From an uncultured Desulfobacteraceae bacterium (lineage in GTDB: Bacteria; Desulfobacterota; Desulfobacteria; Desulfobacterales; UBA2156), in NCBI GenBank assembly GCA_964596535.1, contig CAZQUR010000005.1, positions 1 through 58,559 on the forward strand: a stretch of DNA of 58,559 bases. Direction: 5' to 3'. Below the pieces are notes generated by a model that was not told the origin of the DNA, searched no databases, and was given only the letters and a program-made list of their open reading frames with translations. Made by a program: the position numbers and the translations under genes. Shown piece by piece: positions 57,252 to 58,559 of this stretch; within the stretch, counting starts at the first letter, position 1, and every line of letters starts with the position of its first letter.

Positions 57252-58097
57252 ATGAATGCGGGAAACGAACACGCCGGCGGGGAAGACGACTTTTTCAAAA
57301 GCCGCATCCGGCGGCTGGTTCTACATTCCCCCAAGCGATGGACGCCGGCGGATGTGGAGAAAGCCCTGAACGTCGGGAAGCCACGGGAAAGCCGGGTGCT
57401 TCGCAGGGCCGTCAGGGCACTCATCAATGAGGGCACACTGCAATATACCTACCGGATGGGATGTTCTTTCCTGGAGCCTTCCGTCCAGGGACTTGTCCGC
57501 ATTTCAAAAGGGCTGGTGTTGACGCCTCCCCGATTCAATTATTCCCCCCGGCCGGGTGAAGTCGTGGTTTCCCTTGCCCAGGGAAGCGCCTTCGGGGCCG
57601 GAGACCATGCCTCCACCCGGTTGGCGCTGGCGGGAATCGAAACAGCCGTTCAAAGCGCTTTCGGCCGGCACCATCGGGAAAAGACGCGCGTACTGGACAT
57701 CGGAACGGGCAGCGGTGTGTTGATGATCGCCGCCGTGCGCCTGGGCATGACCTTCGGCGTGGGCATCGATACGGATCCCTGCGCCCGATTCGAAGCAAGG
57801 GAAAACGTCATGATCAACGGCCTGGAGGACAGGATCCGGGTCTCCGAAAAACCGGCGGATGCCCAATGCGGCCCCTTTTCTCTGGTGGCCGCCAATCTCC
57901 GATTCCCGACACTGGTTTCGCTGGCGCCGACCATACAGTCCTTGACGGAAAAAGGGGGCGGGGTGGTCCTTTCCGGGGTCCGGGAGGAGGAAATAAAGCG
58001 GCTGGTGGACCGTTATCCTCCGGATATTTTTTCCAGGCGTTGGATTGGATGCGACCAGGGATGGTGCGGGGTCCTTTTTATGAAAAGGGCGCAATAG
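57252..58097 (+). CDS. prmA: Ribosomal protein L11 methyltransferase-like (PrmA family)
   Basis: Start trimmed to ATG 57252. Has FGAGDHASTRLAL and VLDIGTGSGVLMIAA (SAM-binding motif I), the PrmA pattern. Confidence 0.7.
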   Translation: MNAGNEHAGGEDDFFKSRIRRLVLHSPKRWTPADVEKALNVGKPRESRVLRRAVRALINEGTLQYTYRMGCSFLEPSVQGLVRISKGLVLTPPRFNYSPRPGEVVVSLAQGSAFGAGDHASTRLALAGIETAVQSAFGRHHREKTRVLDIGTGSGVLMIAAVRLGMTFGVGIDTDPCARFEARENVMINGLEDRIRVSEKPADAQCGPFSLVAANLRFPTLVSLAPTIQSLTEKGGGVVLSGVREEEIKRLVDRYPPDIFSRRWIGCDQGWCGVLFMKRAQ

Positions 58098-58112
58098 GGG
58101 AGAAAGAAGAAA

Positions 58113-58205
58113 TGGCGGAGAGACCGGGATTCGAACCCGGGATACCCCTTTCAGAGTATACTCGCTTAGCAGGCGAGCGCCTTCGACCGACTCGGCCACC
58201 TCTCC
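58113..58205 (-). tRNA. tRNA-Ser (anticodon GCU), CCA encoded
   Basis: Minus strand reads GGAGAGGTGGCCGAG...CTCGC-CTGCTAA-GCGAG...long variable arm...CCGGGTTCGAATCCCGG-TCTCTCC-G-CCA. It folds by hand into a class II cloverleaf. Confidence 0.9.
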
Positions 58206-58252
58206 GGAAACCATAGGGTACGGCACCCGTGGGTGCCCGCCCCCTCCCGGTC

Positions 58253-58338
58253 TGGCGGAGGGAGTAGGATTCGAACCCACGGAGCTTTCGCTCAACGGTT
58301 TTCAAGACCGTCGCCTTCAACCACTCGGCCATCCCTCC
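58253..58338 (-). tRNA. tRNA-Ser (anticodon UGA), CCA encoded
   Basis: Minus strand reads GGAGGGATGGCCGAGTGGTTGAAGGCG-ACGGT-CTTGAAA-ACCGT...GTGGGTTCGAATCCTAC-TCCCTCC-G-CCA. Confidence 0.9.
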
Positions 58339-58559
58339 TATGAGGTTGAAGAATAGCATCGGCGGCGTTTCGGGTCAACCGGTTTTTTGGCGCCCGGAAT
58401 TGAAATCCCGGCTCCGGGAACGGTCCTCTCCATTGCGGATAACTTTGTAAGAACCTGATATTGCATGAAATTATAATGGAAGGGAAGATGAATCGTAAAA
58501 AGCCGAATTTGGGATGGCAAAGTAAAAAGCTCCAGATGCAAGGCGCGCAAATTCTGAGG

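Noticed and set aside
58434-58442. Single DnaA-box-like 9-mer (minus strand TTATCCGCA, one mismatch to TTATCCACA) near the window end
   Set aside because: It is isolated, with no cluster of boxes and no adjacent AT-rich unwinding element that I can see before the window ends. A one-mismatch 9-mer is expected by chance in 58 kb.
58113-58559. Possible genomic-island attachment site at the tandem tRNA-Ser genes, followed by AT-richer sequence and a 70-aa ORF (58338-58550)
   Set aside because: No integrase, direct repeat of a tRNA 3' end or mobile gene is visible within the window. The ORF overlaps the tRNA promoter region and has no motif. This cannot be evaluated without downstream sequence.

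Overview
GC-rich bacterial chromosomal segment. Gene content and Shine-Dalgarno usage look like a Desulfobacterota-type anaerobe, but that is inference from content only. I call about 50 protein genes, rpmH (too short for the ORF track) and two tRNA-Ser genes. CDS coordinates include the stop codon, and several starts were trimmed from the ORF track using RBS position and gene junctions.

Layout:
(1) 65-16078: dapA-like gene (+), then a long minus-strand array. It holds a YkgJ-like protein, FGase-like hydrolase, Ddl-like ATP-grasp ligase, MurI-like racemase, CapA-like protein, alr, a class IV aminotransferase, a HisC-like aminotransferase, ald, transaldolase, a GntR/HutC regulator, transketolase and an APH/choline-kinase-like kinase.
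(2) 16.4-28.5 kb: transport and phosphatase island with TRAP dctPQM, a USP, two coupled HAD hydrolases, an ABC importer, a NagD-like HAD, and PiT plus DUF47.
(3) 29-35 kb: stand-alone GltB-domain FMN protein, MFS, PPC/DUF296, ilvE and a UDPGP-type UGPase.
(4) 35-42 kb: slt, cutA and an endonuclease-Q-like gene, then an AT-rich gap and dnaN-gyrB with no dnaA or recF, followed by a divergent ThyA-family gene.
(5) 42.3-45.6 kb: cyclophilin-like protein, an orphan B12-type radical SAM of the RiPP-maturase class, and a CsgG-like protein.
(6) 45.7-58.3 kb: htrA, a large radical SAM protein plus RNase G, the rpmH-rnpA-yidD-yidC-jag-mnmE block, a second YkgJ-like gene, a hypothetical, prmA and two tRNA-Ser.

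No CRISPR array, transposase, integrase or rRNA was seen.

Most interesting signals:
- A 17-bp GntR/HutC-type operator in three copies that links three transcription units.
- A tightly coupled D-amino-acid / ATP-grasp / CapA-like / FGase-like block lacking a CapB-type ligase.
- An orphan RiPP-type radical SAM with an extended Cys-motif spacer and no visible precursor.
- A perfect 24-bp palindrome after mnmE.
- Tandem plus-strand terminator-like hairpins with no upstream plus-strand gene.
- An endonuclease Q homolog divergent from dnaN.

All functional calls rest on motif recognition by eye and need profile or BLAST confirmation.
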